Shown one piece after another: positions 1-9,476 of a stretch of DNA of 64,000 bases. A program made the position numbers and the translations under genes. The stretch covers positions 8,099 to 72,098 of the forward strand of contig JBGSTP010000242.1 in assembly GCA_041736515.1 (NCBI GenBank), written 5' to 3'. This DNA is from Pirellulaceae bacterium. Its GTDB lineage: Bacteria; Planctomycetota; Planctomycetia; Pirellulales; Pirellulaceae. How positions within the stretch are numbered: the first letter of the stretch is position 1; each line of letters opens with the position of its first letter. The notes below the pieces were generated by a model. It searched no databases. It saw nothing but the letters and a program-made list of their open reading frames with translations, and had not been told where the DNA came from.

Positions 1-1104
1 AATTGGTCAATCTGGACTTGGCTGGCGCTGATGATGGTCAAGATGATGCAAGTTGGGGGAATCGTGGGCGGCGTCGTCTTGGCTTCCGTGGAAGTTTTTC
101 CAGCTTTGGGCGTGATGCCGAACAAAGCCATCGCCGCATACTTGATTGCAATCTCGGTATCGATTCTCGTTTTTCGTGGCTACTACACGCTGATCGAACG
201 CGCTTCGCTGGTCATGATTGGCGCTTTCACGTTATTCACGTTTATTTCTCTGGTCGTGTTGCAAACCACGGACATGGCTATAACCTCCGGCGAGTTAATC
301 AGTGGCTTGATCCCCAGCATTCCGACGGAAACTGTATTGCTGCTGACGGCGATGGGCGCGTTCGGAATAACCGGAGTCGGAGGCGATGAGATCATGGCCT
401 ACAACTACTGGTTGATCGAAAAGGGTTATGCGGCGTATACAGGCCCCAAGGATGATTCCGTTGAATGGGAAAGACGCGCTAAAGGTTGGATACGAGTGAT
501 GTACTGGGACGCCAGCTTAGCAATGGTCGCCTATACGGCAATGACGGTGATGTTCTATCTGCTTGGCGCCGCTGTGTTACATCGGCAGGGATTGGTACCA
601 GAGGGTTCTGCTGTCATCCACACTTTAGGAAACCTGTACACACAGTCACTGGGGGCCTGGGCTAAGATCCTGTATGTCATTGGAGCGATTGTCGTACTTT
701 ATTCGACGCTGTTTGCCGCGCTGGCTGCCTGGACTCGCATGTTTGCAGACGCGTTTGGTAAAATCGGCTTCTTCGATTTCCAAGATGAAAAATCGCGAAA
801 GCGGGCGATTGGAATCGCGGCCTGGTGTATTCCCATGGTTTGGGCCACGCTGTTTTTGGTCATGGGAAATCCAGCGTTGATGGTGATTCTAGGTGGCTTG
901 GCGACGGTGGTGATTTTGCTAATTGTCGTTTTCGCAGCTTTGTACTTCCGGTACTTCCGACTCGATAATCGATTACGGCCCAAGGCTTTGTACGACGTGA
1001 CGCTGTGGATAAGCTCCATCGCGATTTTTCTTGTCGCCGTCTATGTGGTATACGACGGCATATATATTCCGGCCCGCGGGTTGTTTTTCCCGTCACCGAA
1101 GTAG
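1..1104 (+). CDS. NRAMP-family divalent metal cation transporter, 5' end outside the window
   Basis: Frame 1 is open from base 1 to TAG 1102-1104, and the listed ORF 31..1104 starts at an internal Met. The product is polytopic (about 8-9 hydrophobic helices). GVGGDEIMAYNYWLIEKGY resembles the NRAMP/MntH-related subfamily motif; this family call is from memory, not a search. Confidence 0.6.
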   Translation, partial: NWSIWTWLALMMVKMMQVGGIVGGVVLASVEVFPALGVMPNKAIAAYLIAISVSILVFRGYYTLIERASLVMIGAFTLFTFISLVVLQTTDMAITSGELISGLIPSIPTETVLLLTAMGAFGITGVGGDEIMAYNYWLIEKGYAAYTGPKDDSVEWERRAKGWIRVMYWDASLAMVAYTAMTVMFYLLGAAVLHRQGLVPEGSAVIHTLGNLYTQSLGAWAKILYVIGAIVVLYSTLFAALAAWTRMFADAFGKIGFFDFQDEKSRKRAIGIAAWCIPMVWATLFLVMGNPALMVILGGLATVVILLIVVFAALYFRYFRLDNRLRPKALYDVTLWISSIAIFLVAVYVVYDGIYIPARGLFFPSPK

Positions 1105-1121
1105 CGATCAAACAAAGATGA

Positions 1122-2648
1122 TTAGAAGGGGCTGCCTGTTCCGAATGGATTATCTATCGGCGCGGGCTCGCTGGAGGATTCACCTGCGGGGGCACCACCG
1201 AATGGGCTGGCGGCTGCCGCTGCACCGCCACCAAAATTGAATGGATCCTCGGCGCCCGCAGCAGGTGCTGTGGTTGCCTCTTCCATTGGCGGCTGTTCGG
1301 CAGGAGTTTCTTCAACTGTGGCCACTGGAGCAACCAACTTCGGAAGTAATCCGTCGCGCGGTCTGAGGCACTGCATGAGACCGGAGTCCCCGATTAGGTA
1401 TACGCGATCCGTTGACTGGTTGATCACAGTAATGCTCAAATCCATGGCGTTTGTTTTTGCGACAAATCTACCATCGGCAGCGTTCATCGCGACGATCTCA
1501 CCGGTCGATGTTTTGCAAAGTACGTTGTCCAAAACGACAGCGATGGGTTGTTCGATGCGTTGACCATTTTTAGACCAGTTGGCAAAGCCCGTTTCGTCGT
1601 CGATCGAATGGAATGAACCCGCCTCGGTCGCGAAGAACACTTGCTTTCCATGAATAAACGCCGGATTGGCGATCGGCCCGCCTGTGCGGAACTCCCAAAC
1701 TATTTTGCCAATTCGTTCCTCGACGCCAATCTTGGACAGAATGCCGCTGTTCGTGCCTACATAGAACGCACCATTGCCGGCCGACAAGCTGCCATTGATG
1801 GCAGCCGAGGTTTCATAGCGATTCCATTGGCTCGGCTCTTCACCGCCGCTCAGTGTGTAGACATATCCTTCCGATGAAGCAACCGCACAGAGCGATTGAT
1901 CCGCCAAGGTTACCGGTGTGCCCACCGGCCGCCCGAAGATGCGAGCACTCCAGGGCTTGCGTTCCACACCCAAACCATAGGCGACCATGCGTCCCGAATA
2001 ATCCGAGACATATGCCAAATTGTTGCACACTGCCAGCGAATTTGCCGAACCATATTTCAACACTTGATTGGATAGTTGCTTGCCGGATTTCCAGTCGATC
2101 AACACTAGATTCCTGCCATGAATTACCGCGATACCGGCCGAAGAGAGCGCAGCTGGATGCGCGGGGGCGGTACTGAGGCCGCACAGCGCAGGCTGCTCCC
2201 AAAGGGCAACTCCCGATTCAGCATCCATGGCTTGAACGAGGCCATCGCTGGTGACAACTACCAGGTGGATTCGCGGGATAGTTACTTCAGAAACGTCAAA
2301 ACCATCTGCCTTGCGAACGATCCGCTGGGCTTGGCCGGCAGCAATCTTCTTGGCTTCCTCGATGCCAATCGGCACTCCCTTGCGATCCAGCTCATCGGCG
2401 GAAACTCGCACTGTTCTGCCGGGAAGCTCGACAACAGCGTATTTCCGCGGGAGCGAAGGCTCAACCCACAGCTGGGCTGAAACGATGCCGCCAACTTTCG
2501 GCATACGGACTTGGCCCTGCCATGCGATTTCCATGCCTAGCCTAGCCGCTTCGGCTGGAGTCGCTTGTCCAAAGCCAGGGCGAGTGCTCAGCGCTGTGCA
2601 AAGTAACAGCGTCAACAGAAACAGCGGGCTAGCGTTGGGAAGTCGCAT
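1122..2648 (-). CDS. secreted PQQ-like (BamB-type) beta-propeller repeat protein
   Basis: The listed ORF is 1122..2825. I start it at ATG 2648 (GGAGGAG just upstream) because MRLPNASPLFLLTLLLCTALSTRPGFGQA is a signal peptide. It contains reiterated ~40-aa blade-like units (LVQAMDAESGVALWEQ, MVAYGLGVERKPW, YVYTLSGG, FYVGTNSGILSKIG, VFFATEAGSFHSID, IVAMNAADGRFV, VYLIGDSGLMQCL). Confidence 0.75.
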   Translation of the reverse strand: MRLPNASPLFLLTLLLCTALSTRPGFGQATPAEAARLGMEIAWQGQVRMPKVGGIVSAQLWVEPSLPRKYAVVELPGRTVRVSADELDRKGVPIGIEEAKKIAAGQAQRIVRKADGFDVSEVTIPRIHLVVVTSDGLVQAMDAESGVALWEQPALCGLSTAPAHPAALSSAGIAVIHGRNLVLIDWKSGKQLSNQVLKYGSANSLAVCNNLAYVSDYSGRMVAYGLGVERKPWSARIFGRPVGTPVTLADQSLCAVASSEGYVYTLSGGEEPSQWNRYETSAAINGSLSAGNGAFYVGTNSGILSKIGVEERIGKIVWEFRTGGPIANPAFIHGKQVFFATEAGSFHSIDDETGFANWSKNGQRIEQPIAVVLDNVLCKTSTGEIVAMNAADGRFVAKTNAMDLSITVINQSTDRVYLIGDSGLMQCLRPRDGLLPKLVAPVATVEETPAEQPPMEEATTAPAAGAEDPFNFGGGAAAAASPFGGAPAGESSSEPAPIDNPFGTGSPF

Positions 2649-2894
2649 GGTGGTCTCCTCCAGAGACAGCGCAGGAATAGAATCAGACGCAAAGCACGTA
2701 AATGCAGGGGTTCGTGCGAAAAGTTTCGAATGCCTCAGTATAGTCCAGCTGCCCGGAAAACTGAAATTCTTTGAATGAATGTTCTTGCCAGGAAACCTCC
2801 GAATTTTCGCAACGGTACTTGTCAAAATGCGGTGGGACTCCTATCGTGAGATGCAGTGATTGTATAGCGATCCAGCCAACGCGAAGCGAGAAAG

Positions 2895-3536
2895 ATGGAT
2901 TCCACCCATTCGGAGCATATTCGACCAATCGATCAAGCCGTGCTGGACTTGCTGCGCCAAAAGCAGCAAGTTTCCGTGCAGGAGCTGACGGAGGCTTTGG
3001 AAGTAACGGCCACGGCCGTTCGCCAGCGTCTAGAAAGATTGGTCCAAGTCGAATTGGTGGGGCGGAAAAAAGTTGGCAGTGGGCGGGGGCGACCTCAGTT
3101 TGTGTATTTCTTGACGCCGCTGGGCGTCCGATACGCTTCGGCGAGCTACGCGGATCTGGCCGGTGCGCTTTGGCAAGAGATACTGGAGTTGCCTAACCAG
3201 TTGCAGCGCAAACGTTTGCTGCGCCGTGTTGCACGTCGCATGGGAGCTGGACTCAAAGAATATTTGCCGGCAGGCGGCGATTTGTCCGAAAGATTCACCG
3301 CTATGGCGGCCGTGATGGGGCGGCGCAAAGTCCCGGTTAGTGTGAATGCGGCTGGCTCACTTCCCATACTGGAGATGCACGCTTGTCCCTATCCTGAGCT
3401 GGTAACCAACGATAGCGATCGCCAGCTCTGCGAAATGGAACAGGAAATGTTTAGCGAAGCAATTGGCCAGCTCGTGCAGCTCGATTGCTGTCGTCTCGAC
3501 GGTCATCATCACTGTCAGTTTCGAGCTGTAACCTAG
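2895..3536 (+). CDS. SufR-like winged-helix transcriptional regulator with C-terminal Cys cluster
   Basis: The N-terminus has a wHTH (VSVQELTEALEVTATAVRQRLERLVQVELV). The C-terminal cysteines HACPYPE..QLCEME..LDCCRLDGHHHCQF match the pattern of Fe-S sensing SufR regulators. The gene lies 63 nt upstream of sufC on the same strand. Confidence 0.6.
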   Translation: MDSTHSEHIRPIDQAVLDLLRQKQQVSVQELTEALEVTATAVRQRLERLVQVELVGRKKVGSGRGRPQFVYFLTPLGVRYASASYADLAGALWQEILELPNQLQRKRLLRRVARRMGAGLKEYLPAGGDLSERFTAMAAVMGRRKVPVSVNAAGSLPILEMHACPYPELVTNDSDRQLCEMEQEMFSEAIGQLVQLDCCRLDGHHHCQFRAVT

Positions 3537-3599
3537 CCGCATAAAACAAAAGCAAAAATAGAAAATCAATAACACACAGTTAGAGAGATTTGGTATCCG

Positions 3600-4427
3600 A
3601 TGACTCACGTTCTGAAAATTGAAAATTTGCATGTATCTGTAAATGGCAAACCGATTTTGCGCGGTGTTAATCTCGAGATGCAACATGGTTCAACTCATGC
3701 GCTGATGGGACCGAACGGCTCGGGCAAGAGTACGCTTGGCTTGGTGATAGCCGGTCATCCTGGTTACGAAGTCACGGCTGGCCATATCTCGCTTGATGGA
3801 GTGGATTTGTCCGAGATGGAGGCCGACGGACGGGCTCGGGCTGGGATTTTCATGGCCTTTCAACGGCCTGTGAGCGTGCCCGGTGTGAAGATGGCCGATT
3901 TTCTACGGCATGCCACGACCAATGTGCGGCGTCCTGACCGTAAAGAAGGCGAGGAGCTGATTGCGATGCGCGAGTTCCGTAAGGAGCTCAAAGAGAAGAT
4001 GGAGCAGCTCCGAATGGATCCCGAGTTTGCGCGACGCTATGTCAATGAAGGATTTTCTGGTGGCGAAATGAAACGCGCAGAGATTTTGCAGTTGGCTATG
4101 CTTCAGCCGAAGTTCGCAATTTTGGATGAGACGGATAGCGGACTGGATGCCGATGCGGTACGACTGGCCAGCGCGAGCATCGCCGAAATCGGACGCGAGA
4201 AAATGGGACTACTGATCATTACTCACCACGACAAACTGCTCGAGCATAACCCGCCTGACTTCACGCATGTTATGCTCGGTGGGCGGATCGTGGAGACGGG
4301 TGGCGTGGAGTTGGCGCAGGAACTCTATTCCAAGGGTTACGAGCGAATCCGTGGTGCGTATCCGGATGCAGAACGCGTCAATCAAGAAATGCTTAGCGAC
4401 GAAACCGCCGAAGTCGCTGTAGGGTAA
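3600..4427 (+). CDS. sufC: Fe-S cluster assembly ATPase SufC
   Basis: Walker A GPNGSGKST, ABC signature FSGGEMKR and Walker B ILDETDSGLD are present. Length is 275 aa, and sufB and sufD follow. Confidence 0.95.
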   Translation: MTHVLKIENLHVSVNGKPILRGVNLEMQHGSTHALMGPNGSGKSTLGLVIAGHPGYEVTAGHISLDGVDLSEMEADGRARAGIFMAFQRPVSVPGVKMADFLRHATTNVRRPDRKEGEELIAMREFRKELKEKMEQLRMDPEFARRYVNEGFSGGEMKRAEILQLAMLQPKFAILDETDSGLDADAVRLASASIAEIGREKMGLLIITHHDKLLEHNPPDFTHVMLGGRIVETGGVELAQELYSKGYERIRGAYPDAERVNQEMLSDETAEVAVG

Positions 4428-4515
4428 TTCCCAGCGAAGAAACTCCGCCTACGGATGGAATTGAAGCCGCCGGCACAAACGTAAATTATCACAACCAGCA
4501 GATAAGAGCACAGCG

Positions 4516-5928
4516 ATGGCCACAGACCTTGGAGTCGATTCGGAAGACCAAATCGGCGAAATCAACAAATATAATTTTCGCACTGAAAGCAAAGCAATAT
4601 TCAAGGCCCGCAAGGGCATCGATGCGGAGATCGTGCATCAGATATCCGAAATCAAGCAAGAACCCCAGTGGATGCTGGATTTCCGGCTCAAATCTCTTGA
4701 CATATTCAACTCCAAGCCTATGCCGAAATGGGGTGGTGATATCGGCATCGACTTTCAGGACATATTTTACTACCTCAAGCCATCCGATCATCAAGGCCGA
4801 ACATGGGATGATGTTCCGCAAGAGATCAAAGATACGTTTGACAAGTTGGGTATTCCCGAAGCGGAGAAAAAATATCTTTCTGGCGTCAAAGCTCAGTTTG
4901 AAAGCGAAGTCGTCTACGGTTCGTTGAAGGAAGACCTGGCCAATCAAGGCGTAATTTTCCTAGACACCGATTCCGCCGTACGCGAATATCCTGACTTAGT
5001 TCGAGAGCATTTCGGCAAGATCATTCCACCCTCCGACAACAAATTTGCAGCCTTGAATTCGGCAGTCTGGTCGGGCGGATCGTTCATATACGTGCCACCT
5101 GGCGTCAAGATCGAGTTTCCGCTGCAAGCTTACTTCCGTATCAATGCGGAAAACATGGGTCAGTTCGAGCGGACTTTAATCATTGTCGATGAGGGTGCTT
5201 CGGTGCACTATGTCGAGGGTTGTACGGCTCCTATGTACAGCAGCGAAAGTTTGCATTCAGCCGTTGTCGAGGTGGTGTGCAAACGCGGCAGTCGCTGTCG
5301 TTACACCACTATTCAAAACTGGGCGAACAATATTTATAACCTTGTCACTAAGCGGGCGATGGCTTATCGCGACGCTACCATGGAATGGGTTGACGGAAAT
5401 CTCGGTAGTAAGCTGACGATGAAGTATCCTGCCGTATATATGATGGAGCCTGGCGCACGCGGTGAAATATTGTCGATCGCCTTCTCCAGCAAAGGTCAAC
5501 ATCAGGATGCGGGGGCCAAACTTGTCCACGCCGCTCCCCACACGACCGGGCAAATCATTAGCAAATCGATAAGCAAAAACGGAGGTCGCAGTAGCTACCG
5601 TGGATTGGTGCGTGTCGAAAAAGGTGCCAAGCATACGAAGTGCAATGTTGTGTGCGATGCGCTCATCCTCGATCCCAAGAGTCGCTCCGATACCTATCCC
5701 TACATCGAAATCCTCGAGCAGGACGTCAGCGTCGGCCACGAAGCGAGTGTGGCTCGAATTGGTGAAGAACAGTTGTTCTACTTGATGAGTCGGGGACTTA
5801 GCGAAGCTGAAGCCAGCACAATGATCGTCAATGGGTTTATTGAGCCGCTGGTAAAGGAACTGCCCATGGAATATGCAGTCGAAATGAATCGGCTGATCCA
5901 GCTGCAAATGGAAGGATCGGTCGGCTAA
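4516..5928 (+). CDS. sufB: Fe-S cluster assembly scaffold protein SufB
   Basis: 470 aa with typical SufB blocks: [82 protein letters not shown]. Confidence 0.95.
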   Translation: MATDLGVDSEDQIGEINKYNFRTESKAIFKARKGIDAEIVHQISEIKQEPQWMLDFRLKSLDIFNSKPMPKWGGDIGIDFQDIFYYLKPSDHQGRTWDDVPQEIKDTFDKLGIPEAEKKYLSGVKAQFESEVVYGSLKEDLANQGVIFLDTDSAVREYPDLVREHFGKIIPPSDNKFAALNSAVWSGGSFIYVPPGVKIEFPLQAYFRINAENMGQFERTLIIVDEGASVHYVEGCTAPMYSSESLHSAVVEVVCKRGSRCRYTTIQNWANNIYNLVTKRAMAYRDATMEWVDGNLGSKLTMKYPAVYMMEPGARGEILSIAFSSKGQHQDAGAKLVHAAPHTTGQIISKSISKNGGRSSYRGLVRVEKGAKHTKCNVVCDALILDPKSRSDTYPYIEILEQDVSVGHEASVARIGEEQLFYLMSRGLSEAEASTMIVNGFIEPLVKELPMEYAVEMNRLIQLQMEGSVG

Positions 5929-5986
5929 CTCTGCGACTTAGATTTTGTACTATTTCTTAACTACTCTTGAATCCAAATCAGATTTC

Positions 5987-7315
5987 ATGTCCACCACTCA
6001 GGCTGCAACTCAATCTCTTAAATATGACGCTACCGGCTTTGAACAATTTCTTGCCGCACGTCAGGAACCGACTTGGCTGACTAGTTTGCGACGGCAGAGT
6101 TGGCGTGATTATGAAGATGCCAACTGGCCTGATCGCAAGCTGGAGGATTGGATGCGCAGCGATCTGCGCGGATTCAAACTGGATCGCTACCCGCTTGCAG
6201 GAAACGCAGATCCAACAACAATTGAAGATGTTGAAATCCCACAACGACTTTCCGATGGAATCGCCGCAGCCGGTTTGTTGCGCACGTTTGACGGCCAGAC
6301 GGTGCTCGAACATTTGGAGCCTATTTGGAAGGAAAAGGGAGTCTTGTTTGGCGACCTTAGCCGCCTGGCTTTAGAGAATCCAGACTTGGTGCAGCCATAC
6401 ATCTATTCCGTGGTGAACCCGAATCAAGATCGTTTTGCAATGCTCCACGCAGCGACTTGGAGCGGCGGGCAACTGCTCTACGTGCCGCGCGGTGTATGTG
6501 TCGATCAGCCCTTTCATGTCGCTGCAGCAATGTCCGATGGTGGAACAGATTCCGGCCACACGATTATCGTTATCGAAGAAGGCGCTGAGGCAACCTTCCT
6601 CTATGAGGCCAACAGTTGTTCCGAATCGTCGGCAGGGCTTCATCTGGGCGGTGTAGAAATCATCGTCAAGCCCGGAGGTCACCTGCGTTATGTGAATCTG
6701 CAAGATTGGGGACGTGGCGTTTGGCACTTTGCTCATCAGCGTGCAACTGTCGCACGGGATGCTACGCTTCAATGGACTGTCGCGGCTTTGGGGTCTCGAT
6801 TTTCTCAAGTAAGTCAAAGTGTTTCATTAATTGGCAAAGGTGCCTACAGCCAAGTTAACGGCGTCCTATTCACTCAAGACAAACAGCAACTGACCTACAA
6901 CACTTTTCAGCATCACCAAGCTCCCTATTGCCGCAGCGATTTTCTTTACAAGGCTGCGCTCCAAGACGAATCGCGCACTGTTTGGCGAGGAATGATCGCC
7001 GTAGATCCTGACGCTCAGAAGACCGACGGCTATCAGCGGAACGACAATTTGATGCTGAGTGATCATGCACGTGCCGATTCAATTCCTGGACTTGAAATTC
7101 TCGCCGATGACGTCCGCTGCACGCACGGCAGTACCTCTGGCAAAGTCGACGAAGAACTTATTTTCTACGTTCAAAGTCGAGGTTTTACTCGTAGAGAAGC
7201 CGTACGGTTGGTAGTGACCGGTTTCTTCCAGCAAATATTCGATCGCATTACCATCGAAAGCGTTCGCGAAGCTCTCGGCCAATCGATCGCACGCCAAGTC
7301 CGAGAGGTTAACTAG
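5987..7315 (+). CDS. sufD: Fe-S cluster assembly protein SufD
   Basis: The listed ORF is 5945..7315; I prefer ATG 5987. SufD blocks are present: HAATWSGGQLLYVPRGV, HTIIVIEEGAEATF, DVRCTHGSTSGKVDEELIFYVQSRGFTR. Confidence 0.85.
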   Translation: MSTTQAATQSLKYDATGFEQFLAARQEPTWLTSLRRQSWRDYEDANWPDRKLEDWMRSDLRGFKLDRYPLAGNADPTTIEDVEIPQRLSDGIAAAGLLRTFDGQTVLEHLEPIWKEKGVLFGDLSRLALENPDLVQPYIYSVVNPNQDRFAMLHAATWSGGQLLYVPRGVCVDQPFHVAAAMSDGGTDSGHTIIVIEEGAEATFLYEANSCSESSAGLHLGGVEIIVKPGGHLRYVNLQDWGRGVWHFAHQRATVARDATLQWTVAALGSRFSQVSQSVSLIGKGAYSQVNGVLFTQDKQQLTYNTFQHHQAPYCRSDFLYKAALQDESRTVWRGMIAVDPDAQKTDGYQRNDNLMLSDHARADSIPGLEILADDVRCTHGSTSGKVDEELIFYVQSRGFTRREAVRLVVTGFFQQIFDRITIESVREALGQSIARQVREVN

Positions 7316-7342
7316 CCAGTTAACTAGCCAGTTAACTAGCCA
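7307..7342. repeat. perfect 3 x 12-bp tandem repeat GTTAACTAGCCA
   Basis: Units at 7307-7318, 7319-7330 and 7331-7342 are identical. The sufD stop codon TAG (7313-7315) lies in unit 1. Each unit carries TAA and TAG in two frames on each strand. Confidence 0.95.
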
Positions 7343-7492
7343 AGCGCCCAACCGATTTGTATTGAACTCGCGCACAGTTGCTCGTCAGGGACGCGATCCG
7401 ACGCTAAGCGCATACACTCGCTCGATTCGTTGTGGGTTCGATAGCAGAAAAAAGCAAGCCTGTTTTTCCGACTCTTTAAGAATAAACTGCTA

Positions 7493-7807
7493 ATGAATGA
7501 TTTTGTAGAGGTTGCTCTAGTTGCCGATGTGCCCGAGAACGGCAAACTGTGTTGCGAGTTGGACGACTGCTACTTGGTGATCATCCGCATCGAAGATCAG
7601 TTTTACTGTCTAGATGATGTGTGCACTCACGATGGAGGAACTCTGGGAGACGGCGACTTGAACGGATTTTGCCTGTCTTGTCCCCGCCATGGTGCTGAGT
7701 TTGACGTGCGCAATGGCAACGCCGTAACGATGCCAGCTACAGAACCCACTGGCAGCCACCAAATCCGAATCGAAGGCGACAAGATCTTGGTCAAGCTCAC
7801 GAAATAA
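7493..7807 (+). CDS. Rieske [2Fe-2S] ferredoxin-like protein
   Basis: 104 aa, with CTHDGG and CPRHGAEF forming the CxH...CxxH Rieske ligand pattern. Confidence 0.85.
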   Translation: MNDFVEVALVADVPENGKLCCELDDCYLVIIRIEDQFYCLDDVCTHDGGTLGDGDLNGFCLSCPRHGAEFDVRNGNAVTMPATEPTGSHQIRIEGDKILVKLTK

Positions 7808-7890
7808 GTAATTGCTTGCTCGGCGATTCTTGCCGTTTACTGGCGAAGTCTCGATCCGACTTCGGAAGTACTTGGCAGGTAGTCTGCCGG

Positions 7891-9459
7891 CTAATTGTCC
7901 AAGTTTGTTTCTTCATCAAAAACTAACAGCAAATCCTCGGCAACTGCCTTGGCCGCGATCGCTTCCGCCATCATGGTTTTGGCTCGTTGCATGGCCAGAT
8001 CGTTGCCTGCAGCACCTGGATGGAAGAGCGTAAATGCCGCCTTTCGGGCTTTTGATTGAGGATCTGCTCCATCCAGTTTCAGGTCCGCGAGCGCAAACGC
8101 CAAGCCTATGGGTATCTCGGTAAACGAATATGACTGATTTTGTCCACGCACGCGAACGGTAAGTCGATCGACTTGTACTTCCACTACGCCAACCATGGTT
8201 GAGCTGCCTATGGTGATAGACTCACCCGCGCCCAATCCGCCAATGCCCTGATGCATCGCCTCGTTCAGCTCCCGAGCTAATTGGGTTGCTGCGTAAATAC
8301 GAGCGAGTTGTGCGGTCTGCGGAGCTGTATTCCCAAGTTGCTTAGCTTCGGCAAGTTTCTGCGCGGCCAACTCGTATTTCTGGTCGCCAGCCAGTTTTCT
8401 AATATCAGCCAGTAACGCCTGCCATGTTTGTTTATCGGCTTCACTTAAAGTGACCTGCGGCTTCTCCGTTTCCATGGCTGGGGTGGTCGGTGAATCCATG
8501 ACGCTAGGTGCCACGCTAGGTGCCTGGTTCATCGTGGTCATACTTCCAACCATTTCCGGTTCACTCGGGACCAGCATGGGAGTCGCTTCTGGCTGGGGGG
8601 CGGGTTCCGTTGCTGGCGGACTATGTACTTCCACCGCAGGTCGTTCTTGCAAGGAGTCCTCGTCGAGTCCCTGCACTCGCGGAAGTCCACTGCGTCGCGG
8701 ACTGGCGTTGGGCGGTAAGTCGCTCTTTTTTGTATCGGGATCGATTTGACTGGCAACCTGAGCAGCAGTTGTGTTTGCCAATCTGGAATCGTGCAACTGC
8801 CGCCAGTATAGAAATCCCAGCACCATTCCAACAAAGCCCAGCGCACCGGCGATCATCAACAATGCTGGACGGCTGCGATTCTTTCTACGCCGAAGCGTTG
8901 GTTTGTGTTTCGGTTTGTTTCTGCTGTGGACGGAGACTGATGTTGCCACCATCGTCGGTGGACTCAGCTGTTGATCCGCTAGGATGCGCGCATCCGAACT
9001 GGATTCCAAACTTCGCTCGGCTGCATCAATTAACCGCTGGATTTTGGTGAATTCATTTTCGTAATCTCGCGAGCCCAGCAAATGCGCATGTTGTAGAAAC
9101 TGCGGCAGGTCAAATGCCGCGCTGGGGTCACCGGTAGGTAGCAAGGGGGCGAGCCTATCGGCAACCGACCGAATTGCGGGTTTGCTTGCGGGTGTTTCTG
9201 CTTGACCATAGGTCTTGCGCCATTGCTGGTCGTAGCGATGCTTGGAACTCTGTTCCGATAGATGCTGCTTCCCGAGCTCCAGAATTCGCTTTGCCTTTCG
9301 AACAGTTTTCTCGTCGCCAAGCTTATTCGATTGAATTAGAGACTCGAGGCGCATAAGAGCATGCTCTACTTTCACGCCATCATTCTCTAGCGGCGGCAGC
9401 GAAAGCAACGCGTACAGGTCAGGCAATCCAACTTTGGATGACGATTCGCCCTTGGACAT
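7891..9459 (-). CDS. hypothetical single-pass membrane protein with J-domain-like N-terminus lacking HPD
   Basis: The start is ATG 9459. LPDLYALLSLPP..VEHALMRLESLIQ..KAKRILELGKQHL has a J-domain-like helix pattern but no His-Pro-Asp. A basic stretch KPKHKPTLRRRKNRSR is followed by the TM helix ALLMIAGALGFVGMVLGFLYW. The gene starts 17 nt after the stop of the upstream gene. Confidence 0.6.
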   Translation of the reverse strand: MSKGESSSKVGLPDLYALLSLPPLENDGVKVEHALMRLESLIQSNKLGDEKTVRKAKRILELGKQHLSEQSSKHRYDQQWRKTYGQAETPASKPAIRSVADRLAPLLPTGDPSAAFDLPQFLQHAHLLGSRDYENEFTKIQRLIDAAERSLESSSDARILADQQLSPPTMVATSVSVHSRNKPKHKPTLRRRKNRSRPALLMIAGALGFVGMVLGFLYWRQLHDSRLANTTAAQVASQIDPDTKKSDLPPNASPRRSGLPRVQGLDEDSLQERPAVEVHSPPATEPAPQPEATPMLVPSEPEMVGSMTTMNQAPSVAPSVMDSPTTPAMETEKPQVTLSEADKQTWQALLADIRKLAGDQKYELAAQKLAEAKQLGNTAPQTAQLARIYAATQLARELNEAMHQGIGGLGAGESITIGSSTMVGVVEVQVDRLTVRVRGQNQSYSFTEIPIGLAFALADLKLDGADPQSKARKAAFTLFHPGAAGNDLAMQRAKTMMAEAIAAKAVAEDLLLVFDEETNLDN

Positions 9460-9476
9460 AATACGAGAACCTTAAA

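Noticed and set aside
4489-5907. Long antisense ORFs inside sufB (4489..4947 and 5257..5907, minus strand; 152 and 216 aa).
   Set aside because: They lie entirely opposite an unambiguous SufB coding frame and show no recognisable motifs. Long open antisense frames are common in moderately GC-rich coding DNA. The same reasoning applies to 37400..37972 (+), 52647..53237 (-) and 59023..59514 (-).
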